Shown: positions 25,874 through 37,510, counted from the stretch's first letter. The stretch: DNA of 64,000 nt from Blepharisma stoltei ATCC 30299 (GCA_965603825.1 CBFDEM010000032.1:248001-312000), one strand, 5' to 3'. Numbers and translations: made by a program. The notes: generated by a model from the letters alone, not told the origin.

Positions 25874-27361
25874 ATGGTGTCAAAAATTGACTATTATGAA
25901 CTGTTGGGAATTGACTCGTCTGCAACACAAGATGAAATAAAAGCTGCCTATAGAAAGCAAGCATTGGTATGACACCCTGATAAAAACCAAGACAAAATTG
26001 AAGAAGCTCATGAGATGTTCAAAGTCATAAAGGAAGCTTATGAAGTCCTATCAGATCCTCAAGAGCGTTCGTGATATGATTCACACAAATCTGAAATTTT
26101 ATCTGGCTCCAAGTCAGAAGAGATGGATCTTTGGCCCTATTTCTCAACCAATGCCTATCCAGGTGGCTTCACAGATGCTCCTGACGGCTTTTATGCAGTT
26201 TATAGAGATCTCTTTGAAAAAATCAATCTAAAAGAAAACACAGAGGCTAAGAACAAAACAAAATGCTCACAAAGGCCTAGTTTTGGGGGACAGAATACTA
26301 CTATTGACGAAATAAAAGAATTCTATAACTATTGGGCCAATTTTTCCTCAATTCGCTGCTTTGCATGGGCTGACACTTACAATCCTCAGGATGCTCCGAA
26401 CAGATATGTCAGACGGCAAGTAGAAGCTGAAAACAAGAAGGAGAGGTCAAAGCAAAAAAAGAACTTCAACGAAATGGTCAGAGAACTCGTCGGCTACTTG
26501 AAAAAGAGGGACGAAAGATGGGTAAAATATCAAGAAGAACTAAGAAATGAAAAAATAAGAAAGGCAAGGGAAGAAGAAATTAAGAAAGCAGAAGAGGCTC
26601 AAAAGAAAAAAGAATTGATGGAGCAGTTTAGAAAGGAGCAAGCAGAGAGATATGCACGAGAGTACGAGGAAAGAAAAAGGGCTGAAGAAGAGGAAGAAGG
26701 TGAAAATGCAGAAGAGGACAAAGGAATAGAAAGCGAAGAGGAAATTCAGCAATTTTATTGCGAGCTCTGCAAGAAAAAATTCAATAACAGCAAGCAGTTT
26801 GACAACCATGAAAACTCAAAAAAGCACAAACAAAAAGCCCAGGAGCTGCTGAAAGAAGTAAGGTTGCCTGAAGAGGAGCCTGTTTTTGTAAAGACACCAA
26901 AAAAGCCTAAAAAGAAAAAAGCAAAAGAAGAAGTAAAAATTGAAGAAAAGCATGAGAGTGAAATAGAAGAAAATGAAATGACTGAGAACATTGAGGAAGA
27001 CCATGAAATGAAGTTTTTTAAGAAAAAAGAAGAAATAAACGATGAAGATTCTGATGAGGAGCATAAAGTTATTGATAAAGTAGAGAAGAAAAGAGAAAAA
27101 TCCCCGATCGTATTTCCAGATAGGAAAGCTGGAAAAGCGAAGCAAAAACGAGAGAAAAAGCAGAAAAAGGCTGAGGAAAATAAAAATGAGCCTCAAATGG
27201 AAGAAGAAATTGAAGAGAGAAAAGTCGGAAAAGCCAAGCTGAAACGAGAGAAAAAGAAAGCAGTCTCAGAGTTTGTGTGCCGAACATGCACAGTCGATTT
27301 CGAGACCAGGAATAAATTATTCACTCATTTAAAAGAATCTGGCCATGCAATTGCAAAATAA
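25874..27361 (+). CDS. DNAJC21: DnaJ C21/Jjj1 co-chaperone with C2H2 zinc fingers (495 aa)
   Basis: DYYELLG...(W=TGA)HPDKN J-domain; FY..W..FS..R.FAWAD; two C2H2 fingers. Confidence 0.92.
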
Positions 27362-27402
27362 CTACACAAAATTAATTAAATATGTTCATGCTAAATTATT
27401 AA

Positions 27403-28401
27403 ATGAATGGATTCGAGCATTCAGATGCCTATTTAGAAGCATCATCAGCTGATGACCGCTACATCATAGTATATACACTGCTCAAGCTTGGCTTGATTAC
27501 AGGGAAAGTTATGATTTACACAAATACAGCAGAGACTGGCTACCGATTAAAGCTCTTTTTAGAGGAATTCCACATAAAGTCGCTCCTCCTTAACTACGAG
27601 CACCCTAAAAGCACTCGTCACTTAATGGTCACCAACTTTGTAAACCATAATGATGTTCTTGTGGTTATTGACCCTGACGAAGAAGAAAGCCAAAATAAAG
27701 GCTGCAAACGACACAAGATCTTTAAATGCCCAGTCTCAGTCCTCATAAACTTCGATTTTCCATCGTCAATATCAAACTATCGCAAGCGTGTCTCTGATGT
27801 GTCTGACGATATCAACACAAATATGTCAATTCTCAGTCTCATCCTCCAAGAAGATTTGCATCAATTGGAAAAACTCAATAGACGTCTGGAGAAAAAGGAA
27901 GAGAAGCCAGTAGAAAAACTAGGCTTGAAAATGGAAGAGTTTGAAAAATTCAGGTATCGCTGTGAAGATATTTTGAGGACAGTCACAAAGAAAGCTGTCC
28001 ATAATGCAAGAATGAACGATGTGAAAAAAGCGATATTAGCGACAAAAGAAGTCAAAGATAAATTTAATGAAAACCCACAGGATAAAAAACTGCTGGCAGA
28101 AGCTAAAAAGAAAAATAAGCCAAAAAGATATTTGGCATCAGTTCCTGATTATTTGCTACCTGCTCCTTTAAAAAGAAAAAGAAGTGAAACAACAGCTTTG
28201 GATAGGAAAAAATTTGAAGAGAAATTAGCAAAGAGACAACACAGAGCAGTTAGAGAGGTAGAACCTGGTGAAAAAATTGAGGAAACCCCAGAAAGCATAG
28301 CGTGGGAAGACTTGCCGCCAACTTCCAACAGAAAGCTATGGAAAATCCGCCATCACATGTCATTGAAAGGAGGTCCCAGAAAAATCCATAAAAAGAATTA
28401 A
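27403..28401 (+). CDS. DDX56/Dbp9-like protein, C-terminal RecA2 half only, motifs degenerate
   Basis: DRYIIVYTLLKLGLITGK...YRLKLFLEEF, NFDFP, FRYRCED..R.VTK, VPDYLLP resemble DDX56; no Walker A or DEAD motif. Confidence 0.78.
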   Translation: MNGFEHSDAYLEASSADDRYIIVYTLLKLGLITGKVMIYTNTAETGYRLKLFLEEFHIKSLLLNYEHPKSTRHLMVTNFVNHNDVLVVIDPDEEESQNKGCKRHKIFKCPVSVLINFDFPSSISNYRKRVSDVSDDINTNMSILSLILQEDLHQLEKLNRRLEKKEEKPVEKLGLKMEEFEKFRYRCEDILRTVTKKAVHNARMNDVKKAILATKEVKDKFNENPQDKKLLAEAKKKNKPKRYLASVPDYLLPAPLKRKRSETTALDRKKFEEKLAKRQHRAVREVEPGEKIEETPESIAWEDLPPTSNRKLWKIRHHMSLKGGPRKIHKKN

Positions 28402-28421
28402 TAGTAATTTTTCTAAAATAA

Positions 28422-28736
28422 ATGGAAGAAAAGCCAAAAGAAGACGTCCCTCAAGAAGAAACCTTAGCAGAAGGCCCAATGTCGTTGCTTGTTAAAGCTG
28501 TTAAGACAAATACACAGGTCCTTATCAACTGCCGCAACAATAGAAAGATCTTAGCCCGGGTCAGAGCTTTTGATCGGCATATGAACATGGTCCTTGAAAA
28601 TGTAAAAGAAATGTGAACAGAAGTGCCAAGAGGAGGCAAAGGGAAAAAAGCCACTCCAGTTAACAAGGAAAGATATATTGCCAAAATGTTTCTAAGAGGC
28701 GATTCAGTTATTGTTGTCCTCAAAAACCCTAAGTAA
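28422..28736 (+). CDS. SNRPD2: Sm D2 snRNP protein (104 aa)
   Basis: [32 protein letters not shown](W=TGA)[11 protein letters not shown]. Confidence 0.96.
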
Positions 28737-28778
28737 GGTAATTGACGATTAGTTTAAAAAGAAATAAGAAATTTTTAT

Positions 28779-30152
28779 TTATGTTGCTCTTTCAGAGCCT
28801 TCAATGTCTTCAGCCATTTTCAGCATGGTCTCCCCACGGTTTCTGTAAACGAAAAAGAAAAGTACAACAGCGAAGAATGAAAGGATGGTAGAAATGATGG
28901 CTAAAATTGGCCCAGCAGTACTACACACCTCCGGGGTTTCTGTAAAACTGTTGACCAAACTTCCGCAATCCCTGTCGAAGCCAGCTTGAGAAACTCCAAA
29001 CCAGATGGCCACTGCCAAAAAGTTAGCTAAGAAAGCTATCACTGAGTAAGCCTACATGAATTTTACATAATTGAGGATTGGCAAGCCATAGTCGTACCCA
29101 AACATCAACTGTATCAAAACTTGGGACAAAAATATTCCAGATGCCAATGCTATTGCTTGAAGGCTTATATAAGCATATGAAGCGACGCTGAGGGAGTTAT
29201 ACATATTGCAGGACCCAGAATTTCTGTCTACTGCACAATCGTAGCCAGCTAGGCAGTTCCAGCCGAGGTTATCAACGTTTTGCATGCATCCTGAGCAAGT
29301 AAGAAGACTTCCAGACCATGAATAGGTTTTTGGAGTCCTTTTGACCCAGCTACCAACACCCATTGAAGCAGAGCCGAAAATCATGCACATAAAGAGCAAT
29401 CCAAGGATGGTGACTGCCCAAGTTGGCATTGTCAAGCCAAGGTACCTGTTTTGATGGGATAAAATTATTGATGTCTTCGAGTCATCTTTGTGACTGAACA
29501 CTCGGTAGTTCACGATCATTCCAATTGCAATTAGTATCCCAATGCAAATCGCCAGAACTGGACCGCCTTTTGCACACATGAATGGTGTTGTAACAGTGGA
29601 ATCTGGATTTACTGAACAATCTGCTGACCATGTCGCTTCACTCAAAGAAAACCACAGATAAACTCCAACCAAGTGAAAGAACAGCATCAAGGCGCTAAGC
29701 CCATATATGTGAGAAGTTTTTCCATAGTTTCTGACAAAAATCGCTAAAGTAATTTTTTCTAAAAGTAGTAATGCAATAAAGATAGTAATTGACTCTAAGT
29801 AAAAGAAAGCATTGGAGGCTTGATAGCCATTATCCAGTAATTTACAATCTCCGACCAAACTCTGAGCGTCGCAAGCGAATTTCATAAAGCATTGCCAATC
29901 CCATTGAGCAAGAGATTCCGGACAATTGCTGCAAGTCACGAGACTCATTGTAAGTAGCTCGTTCCCTGATTTCATTTCTGCCCATTCAGGAAATCCTAAA
30001 CCTGTACATATGAGGGCTAAAATGATAATAAGTAGAGAAAAAGGGATCCAAAGGGTCCATTTAGGCCAAAACTTTTTCTGTTCCATATTGTGTAATGTAT
30101 TGTCGGTATTTTTATCAGTTGGAACTACGAAGTTTTTAAAGGTTACAGCCAT
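28779..30152 (-). CDS. membrane protein with two tandem claudin/amastin-like Cys-rich 4-TM modules (452 aa, 1 intron)
   Basis: Duplicated W..SL.TCS.C..W.C..C..C loop and C...GP.LAI segment; intron 29052-29066. Confidence 0.72.
29052..29066 (-). other. 15-nt spliceosomal intron
   Basis: gtaaaattcAtgtag; removes in-frame TAG. Confidence 0.85.
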
Positions 30153-30584
30153 TGAAAAAATAGTTAACGAGCTTCTTAATATAAAATTTTTGATTATTCA
30201 AGTATATTGTCCAGTGATGCTTAATTTTTATGTAAAAGAATGGGAATGAAAATGCATATAAATTAAATGCTATTTTACTAAAATTATTTGATAAAAATTA
30301 TTATCTCGCATTAATTACAAATTAAAAGGTAAAATTGGAGTTTCAAATTTATTTACCACAATGGTAAGAATAAATATAGCTGCTATTCATTTATTTTTGA
30401 AACCCAAATTCAGGTAATTCTCAATTCAAATGTTTATTCAAGCTTTAATAATTTAAAAAAGTCTCCTTTTAATTATCGATAAATCATCAACTTCCATTTT
30501 GTGCCTTTACTAACTTTAAAATACTCTAGGTGTAACTCATTATATTTAATCATCTTCCAGTCCTCCTAATTCTCATAATCAAAA

Positions 30585-32552
30585 ATGGAACAAAAGCAGT
30601 TTAAAGACCTAAAAAAAAATCTCAAGAATTCAACACAGTCTAAGAATTCAAGTTCCGGGGCCTTCAAAAACACGGCCTCATCTATTAATGAAGAAGACAG
30701 CACACAACTTGCAGGCTCTGAAGATGAAAATTTTGATTCCTTTTCAATAATGGGCTCAATCAGTGAAGGAGTCCAAGTTCAAAAGGTTCCCAAAGTTGAA
30801 ATGAGCCCGAGAATCCCAAGAGTGGAAGCTGCGCCTCCTTTTAAAAATCCAGGGACCCTCCCATGTCCCTTTTACCAAGATTCATTGCAAGAAGATTTCG
30901 TTGGAAAGAATTCTGACCTAGACAAGTCGAGCGAAACAACAGAATCTACACAAGAAAACAATGAGAGAATGAACCAAGCACTGTGGGATGCAGCTGATTC
31001 AAACCAATATGAGACTTGCAGAATGCTATTGGATAAATCCCTCAATGGGGACATGGTAGCCAATGTTAACAGCCATATGCCAGATGGACTGACAGCACTT
31101 CATTTGGCTGCTCTCAAAGGCCATGTGAAAGTGTGCGAAACACTTCTGGACTACGGCGACAACACTGATTTAAATTCGCGTGACCTGTTACAAAGGACCC
31201 CTTTGCATTTAGCTTGCTTGCATGCAAAACTCCAAGCTGCACAGCTGCTAGTGAGGTCTGGAGCGTTTTTAAATGCAGCCGATGTTGATGGGAACACTCC
31301 TTTACATTATGCAGTCCTAACTGAAGATAAGGAATTCTTACATTGAATATTATGCAGGTTTCCTGACTTAAGCGTGAAAAACAATGAAGGAAAAACCGCC
31401 TTTGAAATGACTGACAAAATGAGCATTCAAGAGCTGGCTGAAAACAAACGGCCACCACCGCCAGTACTTAACTTAACTCCTCAAAGAATAAAAATCAGAA
31501 ATTCTATTGATGAGCTGACTGATTTTATGATGCAAGGGGTCTCACGAAGAAATTGTCCATTTAGCATCCCAGAAACTCCTCAGCCTGAAAAGAAAAAAAT
31601 TTCTCCTCTGGACTTTCAAGCGATTCAGCAAATTGGAAAAGGAAGCTTCGGCGAGGTATTTTTGGTAGAAAAGAAAGACTCTCATGAGCTTTTTGCCATG
31701 AAAATTTTACAAAAAAGCAAAGTCATGCGTCAGAACATAGTCAAGTACGCAATGACTGAAAGAAATGTGCTCAGTTATATGAGACATCCATTTATAGTAG
31801 GGCTGAAATACGCTTTCCAGACACAAAACAAGCTATTTTTAATTTTAGATTATTGCCCAGGTGGAGACTTAGGATCGCACATTGCGAGAGAGAAAAGATT
31901 CAGCGAAACGCGTGCGAGAATTTATTTATGCGAAATTTTGGCAGCTTTAGAAGAGCTACATAGACGTGACATAATCTTTAGAGATTTGAAGCCTGATAAT
32001 GTAGTGCTTGACTCAGAAGGCCACGCTATGCTCACTGATTTTGGGTTGTCTAAAGAAGGAGTTTTAGATAACTTTTCAGCGAAATCTTTCTGTGGATCTG
32101 TCGCATACTTGGCCCCAGAAATGCTGAAGCGTCAAGGCCATGGCAAAGCAGTGGATTGGTATTTACTCGGAGTGCTGTTGTACGAGATGCTTGTAGGAAT
32201 CCCACCTTATTTTTCCCATAACAAAGATCAGCTATTCCACAACATCCAGCACTCAACACTAAAGATCCCTACCAGTCTGAGCTCAGACGCAAAGAACTTG
32301 CTAAAAGGACTGCTGCAAAGAGAGCCATCGAAAAGACTTGGAAGCCGAAGAGATGCAGAGGAAATCAAGGAGCATCATTTTTTTTATGGGATCAACTGGG
32401 ATTCGGTTATGAGGAGAGAACTGAGGCCTCCCAGACCGCCTAAGCCCGTTGTTGCACATGGGTCTGTGCCACAAGAAAGAGTAGTAGCTGCAGAAAGCTT
32501 GGTCAATAATGAAACGACGCACTTGACGGGCTGGACCTTTGTATCTGAATAA
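30585..32552 (+). CDS. ankyrin-repeat AGC kinase (S6K/PKB-like; 655 aa)
   Basis: TALHLAA/TPLHLAC/TPLHYAV ankyrins; GKGSFGEV, FRDLKPDN, DFG, SFCGS..YLAPE; in frame through TGA 31344. Confidence 0.93.
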
Positions 32553-32710
32553 TGTAAATTGTTAATTAAATAATGGTTATTATGCTAATTACTCTTCTTT
32601 ATTTATTGTGAAAGAGAATTTAAAAAAATTATGACAGTGGCCATGAATGATAAGGTTTTTTATGAATGCAGAACGCTGGGATAAGAATAAATTAACGACT
32701 GAGGTTACAT

Positions 32711-32992
32711 TTAAACTTTATTATCACTGGCTGCAGTTTTAGTTACAGAGGAATCAAATGATGTATTGCTTTCAGGAGTCATTTGACCTGTCTTTTTCCT
32801 TCTCCTTCTCCTTCCATTAGGAGATTTACTAGATCTTGTTTTGGTTGGAGAATGATATTCATCCTCTTTAGCACATCTTTCAGCCTCCTGTGTAAATGGG
32901 ATTCCAAATCCCATAACCACTTCTAGAGGCAGCTCACCATTTTCAAAAACTGGCCGACTGAATGTTTTTGGTTTAGACTTTGTTCCTCCCAT
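32711..32992 (-). CDS. small hypothetical protein with N-myristoylation motif MGGTKSK
   Basis: ATG-TAA ORF between AT-rich spacers; MGxxxS plus polybasic patch. Confidence 0.6.
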   Translation of the reverse strand: MGGTKSKPKTFSRPVFENGELPLEVVMGFGIPFTQEAERCAKEDEYHSPTKTRSSKSPNGRRRRRKKTGQMTPESNTSFDSSVTKTAASDNKV

Positions 32993-33074
32993 TATCTTCG
33001 ATGTTATTAATTTTATACAGAGTAATATGAAATTTGTTCATAGTATATGAAATTTATCATATAGCTACTTATAT

Positions 33075-34058
33075 CTAAACACTTCTACACCTAACTAGAC
33101 TTTGCATTTTTACCGGCTTTTCAAAATGTATATAATCTACTTCAACATGCCCAAAAGCAATATCCATAACCCAGGAGCCTATTTTCCTGCAATAAGCGCA
33201 GCACAACATCAATAAAGCAACCCATCCATCAAACACAAAAAATTTCCACTCCTCAATTATCCCGTCCAAGTAGCATGAAAGTGCAAAGATGCAGAGCCCT
33301 GCACTTACACTTCCAGCGCATGACAGCAGCGTTGCGATTTCGCCTCAGACGTCTCTTGCCTTCTTCCTACTGTTAAATAATATCAAACTACAAAATCCGA
33401 GCAATAAAAAATTTAAAATAATTGGCATCAGCGATATATATCACGGGATGTAAACCTTATAGTCTTCCTTCACTATCAAGATGACTATTTGTATCAGCCA
33501 CAGCAATGACGCTGACAGCCAAAACGCTAATCTTTCAATGTGTATAAAAATAAATTTTACAATTGCCATGATCAATAAAATCGTGATTGGCATAGTGATA
33601 ATCATAAAAGAATGCAAAAAAAATTGATCTTCAGTCGTTTCTATGTAGATGATTGACAAAATCATGGATGAAAGTCACAACATTCCGATAACAGCATTCT
33701 GAATTAGCCTTCCGACTGCAGATCTGTGTCATACAGAAAATCCTTGCTTTTGTTTAATTACATCACAAATGACAATTACAAACATTACGCTGCTAAAAGT
33801 CACCACTTCAGCCCCAACACATATTAAAGGAAGTAGTGCTAGCTCATATTTATCATAGCCTTCAGAAATCTGCATAAAAATTACAGTCACGATTGCAAAA
33901 GAAATTATTGGATGCAAAAACACAAAAAGCCCCAATCCAGTCTGAAAAACCAAGATTGTCCTATTGGAGTTCCCGAGCAGTATTCTATAGTAAAAGCATT
34001 TTCTTCTAAGTGATTTAGGAGGTTTTTGTTTCAAAAGCTGTGATGTTAGAAGATCCAT
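33075..34058 (-). CDS. multi-pass membrane protein, possibly TMEM185/TMEM60-like (327 aa)
   Basis: Three track ORFs join in frame via four TGA codons; LDGII..W..F and W....P repeats. Confidence 0.7.
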
Positions 34059-34115
34059 TTATTCTTTATACGTCTTTTCGTAAGTGAAGCATACTGCATT
34101 TACAAATAATTCAAT

Positions 34116-34784
34116 ATGAGAAGGTTCTTAAGCCAGGAAGCAGCGAAAAGATTTGACGATAAGCTTATGGGAGAACTTGGGTTTGCCACTGAATCTCTGA
34201 TGGAGCTTGCAGGACTCTCATGTGCCCAGTGCATATTTAAAGAATATATTCCTGATTCTGTTATTGTTGTGTGTGGGCCTGGGAATAACGGAGGGGATGG
34301 GCTGATAGCAGCTAGGCATTTATTTCATTTTGGTTTCAGACCAACTGTACTCTATCCCAAACCAACTTCAAACTTGGTTTTGACACGTCTCCTAACTCAA
34401 TGCAGGGTGCTTGGAATTCCTATTGTAGATCAATTAGATGATTACAGCTCTTTTAGCTTAATTGTTGATGCAATTTTTGGGTTTTCTTTTAGAGGTGATC
34501 TCAGAGAGCCCTTTAAAACAATTATCCAGAAAATTAAAGAAAGCGGGAAGCCTGTGGTGTCTCTTGATATTCCCTCAGGGTGGGATGTGGAAAACGGAAA
34601 CATTACTGGGGAAGGACTAGAGCCAAATGTATTGATTTCTTTGGGTGTGCCCAAACTGTGTGCGACTTATTTTAGAGGGATCCACTATATAGGTGGAAGA
34701 TTTGTGCCCTTATCGCTTGCTGAAGAATTTCAAGTTGATTTGCCTTTATACCCTGGGTCAGACCAAATCGTAAGGATTAACTAA
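34116..34784 (+). CDS. NAXE: NAD(P)HX epimerase (YjeF_N)
   Basis: LMELAGLS, CGPGNNGGDGL.AARHL, VDAIFGFSF, SLDIPSGWD, GGRFVP. Confidence 0.95.
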   Translation: MRRFLSQEAAKRFDDKLMGELGFATESLMELAGLSCAQCIFKEYIPDSVIVVCGPGNNGGDGLIAARHLFHFGFRPTVLYPKPTSNLVLTRLLTQCRVLGIPIVDQLDDYSSFSLIVDAIFGFSFRGDLREPFKTIIQKIKESGKPVVSLDIPSGWDVENGNITGEGLEPNVLISLGVPKLCATYFRGIHYIGGRFVPLSLAEEFQVDLPLYPGSDQIVRIN

Positions 34785-34874
34785 TGAATAATTAATTGTT
34801 TAAAGAATTCTTAGTGTTATGCCTTAATCTTGTATGAAAATTTTGGCTTCTTTGATCTCTCTCTTCTATCATAC

Positions 34875-34954
34875 CTAAATAGTCAATGACTGTTCTCAGC
34901 AAGAAGTTCGGCATCAATAATCAGACCCGAAAGATGGTAAATCATCGAACATAC
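34875..34954 (-). other. putative 80-nt snoRNA-hosting intron
   Basis: AAG|GTATGT donor 3 nt before the snoRNA stem; ttgactAtttag acceptor with A at -6 as in the tiny introns. Confidence 0.55.
34891..34951 (-). ncRNA. snR39B: box C/D snoRNA, snR39B/SNORD2-type guide for LSU rRNA
   Basis: Minus strand: UGUUC-GAUGA (C)...UUACCAUCUUUCGGGU-CUGA (D')...UGAUG (C')...CUGA (D)-GAACA; terminal stem UGUUC/GAACA; 16-nt guide complementary to conserved LSU ACCCGAAAGAUGGUGA. Confidence 0.88.
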
Positions 34955-35052
34955 CTTTATTCCAAATATGTCTCTTGAAGGCTCTAAGCAAAATTTATGG
35001 TTCCATTTATATTATTATATTGCCATTGTAATTTTATCTATTTGATTGAGTG

Positions 35053-36216
35053 TTAACTCTTATTCTTAATTTTTTTAATTTTTGTGGGCTTTCTCTCAAT
35101 TCCTTTAAACTCTGCTCTTTTTGTTTCAAATCCTATGATTTCATCATTTTCCATCCCAAGCATATGCATAATAATTCTTTCGACTGTCTCAATCTCAGGC
35201 ACTTGCGGCCCTATAAGCTCCATCATTCTCAAAACCATCACCTTTATCTGCTCAATTGATGCACTCTTTTTATCATTAACTAGCTCACTTAACGATTCAA
35301 TCTTTTCTTGCTGTTCCCGCTTTGTATTTTCTAGTATTTCGTTTTCTTCTTCCAGCTTTTTTAGTGTGTCATATACATTATGAGTTTCATCTGAGGAAAC
35401 AATCCCAGATTCAGTCTCAGTCTGTGTAGTCTCTGAGTTCATGCTTTTTGTTTCTGAGGAGAATTCTGCTTGGAATTGTGGAATTGAATTCAGATCAGAA
35501 CTTTCTGCAAGCTTCAGAAGCTCATCAAGACGGCGCAACTGATCAGGGTCATCAAGGGAACGACGAAAATCGATGAGATCGGAAGACTTTCGAGCGTAAT
35601 GAGTAGCAAGAGTTTGAACTGCGTCTAGCGTAGTCATGTCTTTCAGATCTGGTGGAAGAATTGTCTGAATTGAATCTTTAAAGCTGTCAGAATTGTCTAA
35701 AGATGCAATATACGCTGATGTTAGGATTTTGATAGCATCTTCCAAAGAGTGGGATTTCAAAGAGTCTGGGAGATATTCTTTAAGAGAGTCTTGGTAATCT
35801 GAGACTGCTTTAAGTGAGTTATCAGCTTTAGGTTCTTCGTTATTATTGATTTCAAGACTTTCTGGGATTTTATGAATAATCTCAGGATCATTCTCTGACA
35901 ATTCAGTTTCTGGTTCAATTTTCGGTGTGCTATCCTTTGATTCTTCAACTGGGATTTCTGTTTCCTTGTTTTCAATGGAGTTTATTGTTTTTACTGTTTT
36001 CGCATCTTTGTCTATCTCTTCATTGTTTTCTTGCCCTTTTCCTGTTGTCCCATTCTCAGCTTTATCAAACTGGCTTTCACTCACTATTTCTATTGCCTTG
36101 TCTTCTTCCACTTTCCCATTTTCAATTTCCAGCTTAGTTTCAACAATTCTATTAAGTTCTTCTTCACCTTTCGGTTCCTGATCTTGATCAGGATTTTCTC
36201 TATTTTTATCTTCCAT
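35053..36216 (-). CDS. acidic coiled-coil protein with possible C-terminal GRIP-like domain
   Basis: 387-aa ORF; IEQIKVMVLRMM...IIMHMLGM resembles GRIP pattern (tentative). Confidence 0.75.
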   Translation of the reverse strand: MEDKNRENPDQDQEPKGEEELNRIVETKLEIENGKVEEDKAIEIVSESQFDKAENGTTGKGQENNEEIDKDAKTVKTINSIENKETEIPVEESKDSTPKIEPETELSENDPEIIHKIPESLEINNNEEPKADNSLKAVSDYQDSLKEYLPDSLKSHSLEDAIKILTSAYIASLDNSDSFKDSIQTILPPDLKDMTTLDAVQTLATHYARKSSDLIDFRRSLDDPDQLRRLDELLKLAESSDLNSIPQFQAEFSSETKSMNSETTQTETESGIVSSDETHNVYDTLKKLEEENEILENTKREQQEKIESLSELVNDKKSASIEQIKVMVLRMMELIGPQVPEIETVERIIMHMLGMENDEIIGFETKRAEFKGIERKPTKIKKIKNKS

Positions 36217-36400
36217 TTATACAAGATAGTATTTAGCAATTCAAATAATTACAAGAATCAAATTTATTTTAATACAAACTCTTTCAAGCATTAATATATT
36301 TTCTAAATCTGAACTAATTAATTTTTTACTTCTATTTATTCCTCTTTTCAATATCACCAACCTTAAGAATTATATAAGAGTCTTTTGTTAGAATAAAAAG

Positions 36401-37510
36401 ATGCCAAAATTAGTGTTGTTGAGCTTAATTATGCTATGCTTCAGTTGAATTATTTATGTGATTTGCAACATGATGGACTTATTCATCCTTCCTTCATACC
36501 AGAACTATGAAGAATGTGAAGTAATTCAAACGAACGGTTCATTAGAAGATATCACATTTTATGGAAATATTGCTATTGGAGGAGAAGACGATAGAGTCCC
36601 TTTATTTACAGAGTCTTTTGCTGCAAGTAAAAGAAAAGAAGGCAGACTACTCGCAATTGACATAGGGAGTAAAAGCACATACGAAATTCCAATCCATAAT
36701 TTCCCCAAAGAAATAGGATTTCATCCTCATGGACTATTTTTATTCAAGAATGAAACTTTATATATTTTAAATCATGCGTTTAATAGAGGTGGAGAAAGAG
36801 TAGAAGTTATCAAGCTACAAGAAAACGAAGGAAAGATAGAAGCTACCTATTTAAGATCTATAGTCTTCGATGATGAATTCATAGCTCAATTTAATGATTT
36901 AGCTGTGATAGATGAAGACGAATTTTACATAACTCAGTCAATTCCTTATAATGAATCTCCTGAAGGCTTAGATCTTTCAGGCTGGCATCAAGCCAAGATG
37001 TTTTTGACAATGCAATTTACTAAAAGTTGCAATTTGTATTACTGCAAAAATGTGAACGGCAAAGCCGACTGCAAATCGCAAGATAAGAGTAACCTCTACA
37101 ATGGTATCAACATTTTAGGAAGCACACTTTATGTTACAGAATCTGTTTTAAAGCAAATCATTACATACAATATAACAGAAGATAGATCGCTTAAATTTAT
37201 TGAGTCTTTTAATGTATTATTCCATCCTGATAACATTGAAGTTTCGGATGAGCCAAACATTTTGTACGTTGCAGGATTTTCGAAGATCTCTGAATTGGCT
37301 GATTTCATGGAAAAGCTTAAAACCGTGAAGTATCCTGAACTCTCAAGTGGAGTATATAAACTGAATCACACGATTGGCGATGTGAGCAAAAAGAATATGA
37401 TAATGCAAAAAAAAATGCCGATAAGTGTTGCTGCAGCTAAAAACAATACCTTCATAATTGGTTCTTTTACACATGATATGGTTATGATTTGCCCCATAAA
37501 ACAATCCTAA
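36401..37510 (+). CDS. paraoxonase/arylesterase-like beta-propeller (369 aa)
   Basis: N-terminal signal/anchor through TGA; EDI, FHPHGL, NH, FNDL, NGI, DNIEV motifs. Confidence 0.87.

Noticed and set aside
34790-35050. Small protein-coding gene hosting the snoRNA
   Set aside because: Upstream minus-strand ATGs stop within three codons; no credible spliced ORF
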